Source: Tubiluchus corallicola
Taxonomy: Eukaryota > Animalia > Priapulida
DNA length: 64,000 nucleotides
Assembly: GCA_030141605.1 (NCBI GenBank)
Contig: JAQGDQ010000344.1
Span: forward strand, 62,001 to 126,000
Direction: 5' to 3'
Positions within the stretch are counted from its first letter, which is position 1; the number at the start of each line of letters is the position of its first letter. The notes below the pieces were generated by a model that was not told the DNA's origin, did not search any database, and was given only the letters and a program-made list of their open reading frames with translations. A program made the translations under genes and the position numbers. Positions 36,401 through 50,974 of this stretch are shown one piece after another.

Positions 36401-39400
36401 CTATTCAGAACACGGACATTGTGCTTGGCCTTGGGTTTCCCAGCAAGCAAAACATATGATGCCTTTCCCTAGTACAATAAAGTTGAATTACATAGAAGTT
36501 GTTATTAAAGTTGTACAATGCATCACAAAATTAGTACTGGATTAAAATAAAAGTAGCATATAGTTTTAACATAGGAACAGCATGCATTGATAGGATAGCT
36601 TCAGCAGAAATTGCATGTACTGCAGTCAGGATGTTTCAGAAATGGAATTTGCGTTTTGGTTTGCCAATAATTGCACTTTCAGTTAAGTTTCGGTTTCTGT
36701 GAAATTTATTAAATTTCGTGGCCAAAATTTCGCATAATTTTCCATATCATTCTTCAGAGGTTTTACTAGTATTTATCCAATTTACCTTTTCTTTTCGCCT
36801 AGATGTGAAAAGCCACTGGAAAATCTTGGCTAAAATAGTTCAAATAAATCAAAAATTTCATTTACATGAAAGTTTGTGACATGTTTTTACCAGCAATGTG
36901 ACATATTTTCAGTGCTGACGACTGTGAAGTTTTATGGACTCCAGGCCCAATCAACTGAAATATAAAACCACATTTGAATTTGCTTCAGCAAAGTCATCTT
37001 TAATTTTATAATTTATGAAATATAGGCAACAAAATATATACAAAATTAAATTGGTTTATTTTTAATGAAGCCTTATGATCTTTAAACATTAATCTTTAAG
37101 AATACTTAAATCCAAAAACATTTTCTAAGGTGAGACTCAATCAAACCTGAGGTTTTATACTGTAAAACTTCCTTGTCCTTTCTGTATTAGAATTTTTTAT
37201 CCGTAGTTTTACATCACAGCAAAAAAACAAACAAACAGAAAACAAAAGATTTTACTTCTTTTTAGAATTTTCTTTTTTTCAGTTTTAATAGTAGTTGGTT
37301 TTGCAAAAATGTTTCGGTTCGGTTTCCTTTCAGTATCAGTTTCCTATGTTTCATAAATTTCGGTTTCGGTTTATAAATTTAGTTTCGGTAACATTCCTGG
37401 TTCAGACTAGAGGAGCAAAACTGATACAAGTTACTCTCCGGCACCGTAACTCATCAGTGCATTCACACTAGACAGTAACTCGCAGCAACTGTTGGAGAGT
37501 TCGAAATTTCTTGTCGGCAGAAACACACAAAGCAGTTCACCCGTGCGAGTTTTTCCTGCCAGAGAGGAAAGTGCTAGTATCACAGATTTAATGTGACAAG
37601 ATTTCTGATGAGTTTGTTCTACTTATTTGCTTTCAGATATTTTCCATAAGCAGCAGTTGGTTGTCCATCTAGTGATGCTCTGCGTCTGCGGTAAGTATCG
37701 TAACAATCTTCGTCTAGCATCTACTCTCTTCTAAGCATCCGGTCAGTGGCGGCTCATAGCTAAAATTAGTGGGGTGCTTCTTCAGAAAATTTTAGCCATT
37801 GTTTTAATACTGTGTAAAACAAAACAATTGTAAAATTGTGTAGTTTTAATGTTGTAATTGTAATTTTAAACAAAAAAACTGCATAAACTTGATAGAATCC
37901 TAAACAAAAAAAATTTTTGTTTACGAATATCCTAAATTGCCGCAGTTCAAGAATGTGCCGATACACGGTTTTTAAGCCCTGTGACAATTGACAACAAACT
38001 GCGTGAGCGACATTACTTTCTCTACCTAGCAGTGCAACATACAGTGTGTTATCTCAGAAATGTGCACATGGCCGCATGTTCACAACAGCCAAACACATCA
38101 CTGTGCTGGGCTGTGAAGCAAACAGTACTGCTCATGTGCTGTGGTTCTGCACAAATATAAAGCAAGAACTAAAGAAAAAAGACTGAATATTACTGAGTGA
38201 AAATAGGGGGTGCTGCAGTGCCACAGTACCTATACCTGAGCTGCCACTGCTTCTGGTATTTTTTGTTTTTGCAGTTTACAAACAAAGACTTTTGCATTTG
38301 TGTTCGAATTGTGATGCAAAGATTCCATATTAAATACTGAACTTTTGAAGCAGTGCCATGGCTGCAACCAGTTTTTTAACTAATAGCTGTTGGACCCATT
38401 AATAGCTTTTGCGTGAAAAATGTCTTTATTTGACAATTCATTTAATATTGAACATTATAACTTATTTCGTAAGGACAACCAGTCATGCATTATTTTGTCA
38501 CTGCTTGGTATGGTGCTGCCAAGCAGAGATATCGCAATGCTCTTGATTTCATTGTTAAATCCGCTTCAAAAAATGTAGAAATTGAACAGCAATCTGGGGC
38601 ACATTTGCATCAAACTATGGTTGCAAAGAGCACACAAGTTATCATGAAAGATGAATTTCATCGAGGTGATAAATTTTTGGAAACGCTCCCCTCTGGTCAT
38701 AGATGCCGCTCACTTAAATAAAACCGGACCCAATCTTGAACTGTAGGTCAAAACAATCTACTCTTTAAAATATTGAAAGGAAACATACATGTTTTCGAAA
38801 ATGGCGTATGTGAAAGAATTATTAATACACACACACAATTTCACTTTCGTGCGGCTAGTTCTTCACTGTTACTTACATTTCGCCATTCGCTAGTTAGATG
38901 GGCATTAGCACCTGTTTTTCGGAAATGCAATACAGTTTTTGATCAATTATTTAATTATCAGAAATGCTTTTGCAGTATTAATTGTGTTAAAATGCATACT
39001 TTTTACTGTACTTGAAAATAGGGTAGTATATGAAAAATCATGCTGTCTTTCTTTAATGCTAAAACCATAAGAACTTTAAATTCGTTCTTTTCCGTTGCAG
39101 TTATCACTATCAATAGTAAATTTCAGTAAATTTGCAATAGTCTATATCACTGTATATAGTTTATTAGCACTTATGTAACGACTGATTGTATTTATTTGTA
39201 TTAATTTTCTTTTGTTGTAGTACATAAACTGCACAAATTTTATTTATATTATAATATATGACAATAAATTGCTTATTGATCACAGATTTGCTGATGCTTT
39301 TTCCCTTCTGCAAACTCGGTTTTTTTTTTGTGTGCTGGGATCGCATGTTTTGGTTTGATTAGAAACTGGCGCGCAATTGCATTTTTATATATTTTAACGC

Positions 39401-42400
39401 TGTAGTGAAGCCACAAAGCATTTTCCCATTTAAGCAATAACATTTTATTTATTTTTTATTCTTTTACAGTACAATTATGTCTTGCTTTTTATAGAAATGA
39501 ACGATATTGTGAGAGGTAGTACCCACTGGCCCATCATATATGGAATAGGTAAGCAAGTACATCTAAGCATGCCTTATTAATTATGATATTGAGTGGAAAG
39601 CTCTTAGGCTGTATTAATAAAGCACCAATTTGTAATGCTTTTTCTTTGTTAATAGACGTCATGACGTATGCCTTAAAATGCTACACTACTGTTACTGTTT
39701 ACAGCGCCGGTGCTGCCATCTACTAAAATATGCTTGTGTTAGTAATGAGGATTTACTAATTTGCAGAATCAAGCCACTGCCCGAACCCTTCATTTTAGAA
39801 TCGAGTCGACTCGGATGAAACGTAGAAATAACAAATTACTCACTCAACCAAGCTGAGTCAAACTAGACGCAGTGCCGAATTGTTCTGCTTCGAAATCATA
39901 TTGAAAAATTATGCTTGATTTAGGAGGGGAGTTTTACCGTTTGGTAACAGCCCTGTAATTAAGACTGTTACTGCCACACTATAAATATACACATGGATTA
40001 TTAATACAGCAAGCATTATAAAACTAGAAAAACTACCAAGTTTTTGACTGAGTGCTTTGCATGATGATCTATACAGAGCAAACAATAATATAACACAAAT
40101 TTAAAAGGCAGAACGTTGAGCGTAGCTACTTAATATGGTTGTACTGTATGCAGGGTTTTTTCAACCTCAAACTTGCAGCGCTGCGCATGTTGTTGCATCT
40201 ACTTTAGGTTATCTCTGTCTCAAGAAATTTGAGGTACTTTGAAGTTTAATTTTGAAGTTTCTTTTTGTCGCACATTGAGTAAGATTTGCAGTACAGATTC
40301 ATTGAACAGAGAGAAGTGTGCTTTGTATCTGCTAACTGAATAGACAAAAGTTTTTGAAAGAAATGTTTGGGCTTAATTGATATTCTTGTAGAGTATTAAA
40401 TTTTGTTTTCGATAGTTTAAACCGGATGTAAGTTTAAAAGTTTTTGCTTGAGTTCTCACCTTTTGATTCCCTTTATAAATCTTTGTGGCTACAGCTATCT
40501 TTGTAAAGAGTAAAATTTGTAGATCTTTAGTGAGCCAAATCAAAGAAGATTGCTTGCAAAACTAACAATTTACTTGACCAGGTATAGATGTGAAGACTGG
40601 AGAAATTTTTCCTGCTACATTCCCCGACCGTGGTCCAGACATGGCGTTGAGGTCAGCACGGCATTTTACCGGCAGTCATCAGGTATTAAGTGCAACATAC
40701 TCAATTTGCAATTGGACAAATTCATCATTGTCGTGAAATTCATTTCGCACGTAGTTTAGTGCATATTCATATTAGTTTGCTATGCAAAATATTCAAAGTG
40801 CCGTGAAAGAAATTCTATTTTTTTGTTTGATTGCTGTCACGTAATTAGTAATTTCACATTTCTCTTAAATGGTATGTAATTTGGTGCACGTCATCACGGA
40901 TATTAGCGAAACTAAATTTTCGTTTCGGTTTGCCGATAATTATAATTGCACTATCGCTTAAGTTTCGGTTTTGACGAAATTTATTAAATTTCCATTGAAT
41001 TTTTCCGATGTTTTACTAGTATTTATCTTATTTACCTTTTCTTTTCTCCTAGATGTCAAAAAACGCTGAAAAATCTTGGCTAAATTAGTTCGAACACAGG
41101 GAACATTTTGTTTACATAACAGTTTGTCATGTGTTTTTACCGACAGTGAGGCGTATCTTCACTGCTGACAACTGTGAAGTTTTAGGTCACCAGGTCCACT
41201 CAACCAAAATATCACATCACATTTAAATTTACTTCAGCAATTTTATAATTTACTTAATTTTATAATTTATGAAATATAGGCAGCAAAATATCTATAAAAT
41301 AAAATTTGTTAGTTTTTAATGAAGCATTATGTTCTTTAAACATTAATCATTAAGGATACTTAAATCCTAAGGCATTATAACACATTTTGTAAGGTAAGCC
41401 ACTCCATCAACTTGAGGTTCTACATTATAAAACTTCCTTGTCCTTTTTGTATTACAATTTTCTATCAGGAATTTTACATCACAGCAAGTAAAAGCAGACA
41501 AACAATAAACAAAATATTTTACTTATTTTAGAATTTTTTTTTCAGTTTTAATAGCAGTTGGTGTTGCAAAATTGTTTCAGTTCAGTTTCGTTTCAATATC
41601 GGTTTCGTGTTTGTAAATTCAGTTTCGGTAACATCCCTGCACGTGGTGCAATTACATGCTGGTACTATCACCACTATAAACAGCTTTTGACTGTAGTCAT
41701 GTAGAGGAGTTTATGCTGTCATATTTTTTTTTGCTGACTAAGTCTGAAATCACATCATATTATTATCTTTTGCTTCTTTTTAGATGTTAGAGATTTATGA
41801 CTGCGCCGTCGGCTTATTAAAAATCGGTCCGTTTACTTACGACCCAATGCGTGGAGTAGATTTGTGGTTATCACAGGGCGATGATTTTATACGTCAGGTT
41901 CGTTACTGTTTCGTCGCACTCATTTTCTACTTGGTAAAAGCTACACTGGATGTCGTGCACATAGCTAATCAAATATTTCATATTAATGAACCTCGTCTTA
42001 CTACCAACCCCCGCTGTAGTGCCATATCTAGTGGTGTCCCAAACTTGGCGATACAGGCAAGGTTTGACTATAATTAGTACATAATTTACTGATCAATTTC
42101 TTTTCTACTGGTCTGTTTATTCATTACCTATTTGGCTTCTGTTAAATACATAATTAGTGCCTAATGTTCTATACTGTATGTTCTGCCAGTATAAACTGGT
42201 TGTGTGTTTGCGAAAATTTACCACTGACGATGACAGCAGTAGCCCTGTCAAAAAGTTTGACATCATTTTTTAACTATGTAAATTAACAGTTTTAATAAAG
42301 TTGTCATGTTTTAATTAGAAATTTTATTTTTTGTTGCAGCACTTATCTACATCACCGGAGGTAGAACCTCCACACTTCGCACATCAAGTTCGTGCGGCTC

Positions 42401-42507
42401 TCAAGCATATCCAGCAACATCCCTACCCAGATGTAACCATCTTTCCCGATAGCAAGTCTCATTTGTATCAAAAGGATGAAACGGGACAATGGATACGGAT
42501 CCGGTAA
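30466..42507 (+). CDS. NTAN1: Protein N-terminal asparagine amidohydrolase (Arg/N-degron pathway)
   Basis: Exons 30466-30549 (MPLVVEG), 31953-32055 (GLVYVNQRE), 32373-32438 (LGTDDATTC), 34420-34528 (AHCDG), 35107-35180 (LHLIGGF), 37637-37690, 39495-39548 (PIIYGI), 40582-40682 (FPDRGP), 41784-41897 and 42340-42507 (LSTSPEVEPPHF...TAA). All are in phase. Confidence 0.95.
32992..33645. mobile_element. TIR element with subterminal repeats
   Basis: Ends read CTATAGGTTTTACACGTCAAGTGTAGA...TCTACATTTGACATGTAAAACCTATAG, with repeated AAATGT(G/A)GAC / ACATTTGA units in opposite orientation at each end. Confidence 0.75.
35966..36339. mobile_element. MITE family B copy
   Basis: Same TIRs and body as 20593-20984. 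Confidence 0.85.
36627..37399. mobile_element. hAT-like non-autonomous element, family F
   Basis: CAGG...CCTG ends with TTTCGG subterminal repeats. A second copy at 40895-41639 has an imperfect 8-bp flank repeat (CACGTCAT/CACGTGGT). Confidence 0.7.
37744..38249. mobile_element. hAT-like MITE
   Basis: Ends read CAGTGGCGGCTC...GAGCTGCCACTG with imperfect 8-bp flanks CATCCGGT/CTTCTGGT. Partial inverted copy at about 61050-61222. Confidence 0.7.
38485..38721 (+). mobile_element. LINE (Rex1/L2-like) ORF2 3' fragment
   Basis: VTAWYG...IVKSASK...FLETLPSGHRCRS resembles the C-terminal region of Rex1/Babar-type ORF2. Confidence 0.55.
40895..41639. mobile_element. Family F element, second copy
   Basis: Colinear with 36627-37399. 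Confidence 0.75.
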
Positions 42508-45500
42508 AACGGTTGTTAGGTTATTCTGTGGTGCTGAAGCACATCTCTACTTTCTCTTGTTGTGAAAAAATGTAATTTATTGACTGTATTTTAAATTGTG
42601 TCCTTTCTTTAGCATTGCCGTGGATTCTTGTAGGAGTCTTAAAGGAACAAAAACGTTGTACAGAATCTAAAATCATACACTTGTTGGTTAATAAGAAAGT
42701 TTGATTGAATTTACATCAATCTCAAAGACTTGATGATAACAACAAAAGCAAAAAAGAATGGTTGTTCAGATACGTGGATAAACTTTCTTTTATCAATAGG
42801 TCCCCTTTATTTGTAGCTTTGGTCACTACAGTGTTGAAATTATTAAAATCACCCTTGCGGCCAGAGCCACAGATATGGTCATGAATGCTGAATTGAGCGA
42901 GACTTTAATTTCTTGCCAGTTCTAGACGAAGTGCCCAGTTATGTGAACATCTGAATATTTCATCTTGAACTTTCAAGAAGCTGAAAAATTCTCCTCAATC
43001 TAGTATTCTTTGATCATATTTGTACCTGTAGTCACAAAGCTGGTTTTAATAATTTCAGCATTGCGACTAGAGCTACTAATAACTGGGACCTTCTAATAAA
43101 AGAAATTTTATCCGTTAACAAGCATGCTGTTAATGTGCAAAGTAGTTCTCTTAACTTTGTTCTTAAAAGCAATATGTTTCAGCTGTAATCACAAGTGCAT
43201 AATAGACCGAAAAGAATCAGGAGTTGATTCATTATTGGATGTAAAACACTAGCATATTTCAGCTTAATATGACAAAAAGCACCGCCTAGTGTAATTTTTT
43301 TGTTGAGCAATGACCACACGTCCGGTGTGGTAACAATGGCCACACATGTCCGATGGTAACAAAAATAGTGATAATTATGAATGACGAATATTTAATAATT
43401 GTAAGATAGACAGTTTACTGAAATGCATGCATCTGGTTAGTAAGTGGATGGGTGACTGCCAGCAAACTGCTTACCCATACTGCCTATGGAATTATGTATA
43501 TATTCCTGAACACATTTAACACATCTCTGGCAGTTCAGTGTCTTGGAGGATCATCCTCAGTAAACGGATGGGTTCCGGTTCCACTGCAATCAGTTTTATA
43601 GAATAGGCCAGGCCACTGAAAGCTGGACTCAGGAGTGCCGAACTGTATAAAACAGAAACTACTCTGTGTTGTGCGTGTTTTATCATAATTATCTTAGTTT
43701 GCTATTTTGTCTGCAAAGGATAACATTATGCAAACTGGCCAATCAGATAACAGGTCCACTGCTCAATTAGTGTGTTATTAATGGTGATTTTTCTTTGCTC
43801 AAGATTCTTTCAGGGTTCTAGGTTCTAATCCTGCTTGCTGCCGTTTTTCCGTAGAATTAGGATTTCATTCTTTTTTTTTGAGAATAAAACTTTTTCTGTT
43901 TAGAAGGTACACAGGTACATTGTGACACTGCTTTATATTAACATGTTACAGGAAGTTTGCTTATGTAAAATGTGAGCAAATTTTTGTTTTTTTACTGATA
44001 TTTTAACATTCCGTGTTAATGAGTTACTGTTAAACCTGGGAAAGTATTTCCCACAAAGTGAATTTCTCTGAACGTTTTATGCAGTTTTAGCTTGACTCTG
44101 AAATACAAAAGGGTTTATTAATATTTATTATAAAAATTATTTAATAATATTGCTCTCAAGTGCCTATTCGGCAAATACATGGATTGAATTCTACCTCAAA
44201 TTGTTGTTTTAACCCAGGGGTGTTAATCAGTGGAAAACTTTTATATTTTATCAGATGTTAAACATGTATAGATTCCCGGGAAGTTCAATTACGGTTTCCT
44301 GTTTCCATTTCTTTTTAATTATTGGGGAGTGAAGTGTTTGCTAATGTATATAAAACGCTGCTGTTATTAACCGTATACCTCACATATCTGCTAATGGTTT
44401 ATCGTGCTGAATTGCTGGTGCAGTGTTAAACGAGCATTTGTTGAACATATCAATTTGTATTTTATCTGAATTGTGAATACTTTATGTTGAGTAATGTTAG
44501 CAGTGTTAACAGTTTGTAAAATATCTCTGTAGTATAATTTCCCAACGTACCAGTTTGGAAACTTACCTGCAAAGATCGTATCTACAGATTTTGAAGAAAT
44601 TGCTAGTCTGTACAACTTGTGCTAATTAAGCAATGTTGAATTTGAATATAATAGTCAAACTTCTTTATCTCCTTCAGGACTGCACCACTCAAAATAGGTC
44701 TTATAAGACTTTTTCTGCTGCTGTATAAGCACAGAAATAGCTAAATGATTACAAATTAGGTACTTTTCTATTCAGGAGAATGTCGGTTATCCAATCATGC
44801 TGTTTGAATAAACATTTATAAGTGATTTAATTGGATAAAATTAAGAAACGCACGCTCTTCTCAGGCACTCCAACTTAGCCTGAGTAGCTTAGTCTGGTGT
44901 ACACTTGCATGAACGTACACACTATTTTATTGATCGCCTGTTTACTACAGCCCAAGAGAACTGTCAGCTGAGCAAAGTTTATCACGAGGCACTTATCACA
45001 CTTTTATTACTAAATCCTTTTAACATTTTATGCAAATATTGAAATAAGCCTAACTTCCCAGAAAGCTTGGCCTTTCCTTCAAACTAATGTCTCTCAATGC
45101 CCTACCCCCTACTGGTATAGGTTAGTGGAGGATGTCCCTTGTTAATCAACCAATAAGGCATTAACGAATAGTAAATAAATTGTAAATAAGATAGAGATAT
45201 TAAATGAGATTATGTTGTCTACAGCTGGTTTAAGTGAACACAGACCACCTGCAGCCAGGGTCGGATTATCCTATAGACTGGAGCTTAGGGCCTTTGAGGC
45301 ACTCTATTAAAATGACTTCCAAAAAATCTGTTTTTCACTACTGTTGTGTTGTAATATGTGCTAATTTGGTTTGCAATAAATAGTAAAATTGTGGTATTCC
45401 TTCAAGAATATTTTATTGACAAACAAAAGATAGCTGTTGTAGTTTATTTAAAGAATTTGCAATAAATTTACTTCAAGCTCAGTAAATGTCGATAAAATAT

Positions 45501-46017
45501 AAATATCGTGAGTAAAAATATTCAAGAGGGTGGGAGCGAATGAGGTAACCTCGTCTGAGAGGCCCCAATAATTTCATTAGCCTAGGGGGCCCCAAAAGGT
45601 CATAATCTGGTCCTGCAGTATCTCTACCGAAAATTATGGTATAAGGATGATGTCAAAATGTAAGATGAAGTATATGTCAGTTTGTAGTAATAACTCTGTC
45701 ACAAACTTGATAATTAATACATTATTTATATCACTTGGTGTTTATCGTAATTCCGTGACACTGGGCGTTTTTGTATTCAACAGTTGGCAGTGTTATATTG
45801 AAATAAATATGTTGCAGTGATTTCACTTGCGTCAATAATTTATTTAACAGTATGCAGTCACTGAGCACAATGTATAATTATTATATTACCAATAAATATT
45901 TAAACTGAGCTAAATTATCACCACTTGTTTTTATCAATCTCTCATGTTTAACACGTGCGAAAGACCTTAGTGTTCAAAGTGCACAATCAATGATCCAATG
46001 CTGCCTCAATGACTTTC

Positions 46018-49000
46018 CTAAGTCACCTGTTTTGACGGTGACCGTAATTCCTTTTCCCTACGTTCTTTGTCGATTTTCTCCATTTCAGCAACTTTCTGTG
46101 AGATTTCGGTATTGATTAGCGCCCGATATTTTTTTCCTAAGCCAAGATTTTCCATCTCCGTCAAAAAGGAGCGCCTTTCGTTCACCTCCTCTATAACTGA
46201 AATGTGTCAACAACACGAGTCAGTAGTAGTGTTGAGCGTCAACATTTTTAACTTTACACACCTCTTCTGTTTTTAATAGTCCTGCATACATTTAGGTAAA
46301 GAATTTCTCAATTGATTTTTTTTATTGCGTATACACTGGTAAAGCGAACTCACAAAAAAACGAACTTTCAGCATTTATTTAACTATTATAATAGCTTTGG
46401 ATACAGTGTACTTGGCTACTGCGTATTGTGGACATTTTGTCAGGCCAAACTGTTTGTATTTATTGAGTGCATTACCTTTGCCAGTCGTTTCTAAATGAAC
46501 TTACAGTTGAATTTAACCCGTCATTCCTGGTGCTGTGGTAGACAGAATGCGGAGTTGTTAACATGTCATATTGAAAGGTCTAGCAGTAATTCAAACAGTT
46601 TATTCCCTCGCTACTGTAAAGTACATAAATGGCGATACATCTTATGCAGTTAAATCTACAACACCTACACCTTGAACATTAAAGTTGAAATACTCACGTT
46701 CGTCAAACCTGTCTACGTCTGGCTGCTTCACCGGTTGTGGTCGAACTCGTTCGCATTCTGGAAGCTCTTCTTGACCGTAGGCCATCACATTTTGTAACTT
46801 TGTCTTCTCCTTTTCAAGACACACTGCTGCATGCAATACAACAACAGAATGATATACATATAACTCTTTATTTAAAGGAAAACAGGTTGACTTCTCACAT
46901 CTCACCCATTTTGAATATGGTAAAAAGTATGCATTTTAATACCTATAACAATACCAAAACATTTCTGGTAATTAAATAATTGATTAGTGGTTGAAAACTT
47001 AATAAGACGGTAAGCGAGCCAATGACATCACAGCTGAGCAAAATTTTAACAGCACAAAGATTCCATGAGTGTGTTGCATGTGTGAAAGCGAAACTTGAGG
47101 TACAATGCTACTGCAGAACATTCATCGTGGTATACAAAAACTCTGCAAATTTAAATTTTAAGTTTACCATCGTGCTTACGAAAGTGTGTACTACGTCACA
47201 ACCCAGAAGTCTGAGCGGTCAGCACATTTTTTGTGTGACATGTTTCTGAGACGAAGGCGCTTGTACTCGTCTAACTAGCGAATGGCGAAATGCATGTAGC
47301 AGTGAAGAACCATGCCATCACTGGCCCCAATTAAGGTTTTCCTTTATGCCAGCATTGCTAGAATGAGCCGTAAAAAAGTCAGAACTGACCCATAATGTCA
47401 TTGTTTACTGGGTAGCCACAAATGCAAAATTACCATTCTGTGGTACCTAATAATTCTTTCAAGTAAGTCATTTTTGAAAAAAATAGTGTGTTCCATTTCA
47501 GTATTTTACAAGATATATTGTTTTGAGCTAAAGCTTAAGATTAGGAATGGTTTTCCTTTAAATTTAACAGACAACTGAAGCCACAAGTTTTTTATCACAG
47601 TTTCTAAATAACAAATTATACCTAATTTAGTTACTATTATTACTCTGTTTTATGCAAAATAGCAGGTGCCAGGCAGGGCAATAAAAAGTACCATTTTTAA
47701 AGACTTTGATTCGACCCGGCTGCATCATCGAAGCGACAACCTTCGAGATGGAAAGATGTTGGGTTCTCTTGAGTTTTTCATTTATTTTAAAGTCTTTTAA
47801 TCGAGAAAGGTGGAGGAGAGCCAGACTGGTGCTTAAATTTTGCCCCAAAAACTGAATCTTTGCTCCAGATCCAAAACAAATGTGAAATAGCTAGTACTGC
47901 ATCTTTCTATTAGATTGTATTGTTTAGCTGAATGGAAACCAAGAACAGATGATCAAAATATGCATACAATTACTAACAAATTTACATGATGATATTTGCA
48001 ATGAGATGATTAACCATATCAGTTACATTAGCACAACAATAGTTTTTGGTGTACTACACACTTACAGTAAACGGCCTAGCTAGGTTTTGGTAAGATAAAA
48101 TTAGTACATGATACGATAAATGTATTTGACCGAAACTACATCATGAAATAAGTGATATAACAATATATCATACACAGTTACGTGGGCCTTAGGACATCAA
48201 TTCTCAATAAGGAGCCGCCGGGACAGAGATTGGAACACAAGTTAAACGGACTTCAGAAAAAAGGCTATAATGTGTGCTTGGTGTACAAACCAAAATCATC
48301 CATAAGTTGGCACAGCTAAAACTGTGTCAAATGTCAATTTTTGTTTTTTGTAAAAACAAATGCTAAATATATTGAACTTTAATATTCTAGCACCAAATTG
48401 TCAAGAAAATGTTTAAAAAATAATAAAAAACTAATTTTGAAATCCTGCAGTCATTTTTCTTTGTACTACATTTGAGAAAAACTTGTATTTTTTTCAAACT
48501 CCTGTAGTAGCTCATGGAAGCCGTCATTTTGCTTCGGGTTTTTTCTGTTCCCAAGCCCAGATCTTTGACAGAAAGAGCCATCTACTGGATTTAAACAACA
48601 TCAATACCTTTTTGCAGAGTCCGTAGCAACCGACATTTGTGCGGTTGCTAAGTGCTTTGTAAAAAAAAGCAATGGCTGACTTTAATAGTGATTTTCTCAC
48701 AGTTGTGTTTTTCAGTGTGTAGCCTGCACCTCAAATTCAGCGTTGGTTATCTCAGCTTAGAAATAACATAGAGAGATGAGCTTAGCATCAAAGTGATCCC
48801 CATGAAATGGAGATTCAGGATATGTTACTAACTAGAAAAGCTTAATTGCCAACTTATGGACGGTATGCAGGCACACGTATAAAGATTAGATTCTAACAGA
48901 CTTGGCATCTATTACTGAGAATATCAATAAAACACAGATTACAGATGGACAACATGTAGATGAATTCATTCATGTGTCTGTCTATAATCTGTGTTTTATT

Positions 49001-50974
49001 GATAGATTAGAAATAGAACAGATAGTGCATTTAATGGGCAGTTAGGCAGAACATTAGTAATGCTATCTACAGGCTTATTCAGAAAAGGTTGTATGTTCAT
49101 TAATAAACCCGTTTTTCCTGGGGCAGTTGCAAACAACCTGGGTAGCACTGCTCAAGATACGCCATACTGGCACATTTCTAGACAGTTCGTGTTACCGATT
49201 AGATTATATGGATTATGCTTCTGGTCAAAAAGTTCACCTCTGGGAAATTTTACAGATAAGAGAAAAATAGGTAAATCAGAAGTCATATTGCACGATTCTA
49301 TTATTCCAACATGTACAGAGATGCCAAGAAAGGAAAAATTACACTTTGACAGCAAGTTAATTTAGTATTGGCTAACTGACAATGGTGTTTGACAACTTAA
49401 AAAGCCATTAGCAGGTAGCAGCACCAGCTATAATAATAATTATTGTCATTGATAACTCACTATTCGTATCAGGCACAAACTTTTCTCGTGTGTAAGCTCC
49501 GGATTCCTCTATTTGAGCCCTTAGTCTGAGTCCAGGACGTGCAGGTGATTTAACAAGTTTTTTCGGTCGTGGTTCCTGCTTTACAGGTTTATCATCTCGC
49601 AAAATGCAATTGATTGGAAGGCTTTCACCACCTAGATGCAGAGGCAAAAAACAAATCTAAATTAACACTTTCTTTTTCCTCCTATGCAAAGGCAAAAAAC
49701 AAACTTAAATTAACTCTACATTATCACCTGTGCAGATACAAAAACACTTGAATTAATTTTTTTCCTAAAAGAAAGCAGTATAATTTGGGGCAAGGGAAAA
49801 AGAGGAGTGGTCACTGCATTGTTAGTGATCCTAGTAAGGCAACACTAGGCCTATTTAGCAAATAGAAGAGTGCCTGCCAAAAGAACCTTCAAATATTTTT
49901 CACCACCTCTTTATTAATAGACAAAGAAAAAGAGCAATGTACCTTTTACAGCTCTCCGCAGCTGCTGCTGCTGCATGTTGCTTAGTCTGGCTTCCTGCAT
50001 CATCACTGAAATATTGTAGAATTAAATGTTATTAATCAAATCAAGGGAAGCCAGTTACAAAAAAAGATGAGAAGTATATGTAAATGAATTATAATAAGTT
50101 CTGAAATAGTGACATGTGCCATACAAGCTCTTTCAAAGATTGAAACTAAAATTAAACCTACAGCTTATTAATAATAATGCTAGCATTATTAAAATTATGA
50201 AGTTCACATGTGTATTATGCTATCTAACGATGCGTAACGGCATGTTCAGACTAGTAAGTTTTCTATCATGAGTTTTCTCTCTGACAGGAAATATGGCAAG
50301 TGTGAATTGCTTTGAGAGTTACTGTCGGCAAGAGATTGCAAACTCTCCGACAGCTGCTGCGAGTTGATTTACTGTCTAGTATGAATGCCCGGGCGAGTTA
50401 CTCTCGACACTTCTTGCAGTGAATAAAGAGGTAAGTATCAGCTCACGCTTAATATCTGAGAGTAACTCGCAACAGCATGCTTTGCTTTCTAGTCTGAACA
50501 CGCTTGCGAATTACTTGGCGAAAAGTCTCGTTAGTCTTAAAGCAAAACCTGACCCAATCTTAAACTGTAGGTCAAAACAACCGCTTTCGCAAACGTGCAG
50601 CATGCTAATAGAATATTTTTGCCGTTGAAAATTATGTTAGTTTGTGATGTCATCAATAGTCGGGCTCACCTGCCTTTAATTAAGTTTTTAGTCCATTATT
50701 TAATTATCAGAAGTGCATTGCAGTATTAATTGTGTTAAAATGTACACTATTTATCGGACTTGAAAATGGGGTAGTATATGAAAAATCACCCTGTCTTCCT
50801 CTTCCTTCAACGTGTCGCAAGTTTTTCATGTTAACAATGTAATTAAGATATACCTTTCAACAGCTCTTGTGTTTCTTTGCTGTACATCACAGGTTTCGAA
50901 CTCCATATAGATTTTGTGTCACGTTGTTTTTCACTTGCATCAGTCTCTGAGGTTGCATTTGCTAACGATGCCAT
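46018..50974 (-). CDS. C22orf23: UPF0193 protein, EVG1/C22orf23 homologue
   Basis: Exons 50854-50974, 49943-50005, 49461-49631, 46698-46823 and 46018-46196. Peptides YSKETQELLKVMMQEARL, GAYTREKF, LEKEKTKLQNVMAYG, DRFDELIEEVNERRSFL and EISQKVAEMEKID match UPF0193. An acceptor 5 nt before the ATG implies an upstream non-coding exon. Confidence 0.85.

Noticed and set aside
45802-45844. Opposing AATAAA signals suggesting overlapping NTAN1 and EVG1 3' ends
   Set aside because: The - strand signal plausibly serves EVG1, but AATAAA is common at this AT content and NTAN1 has nearer candidates.
48922-49004. 80-nt palindrome as a pre-miRNA
   Set aside because: AT-rich, symmetric on both strands, and no recognisable mature sequence; more likely a MITE remnant.
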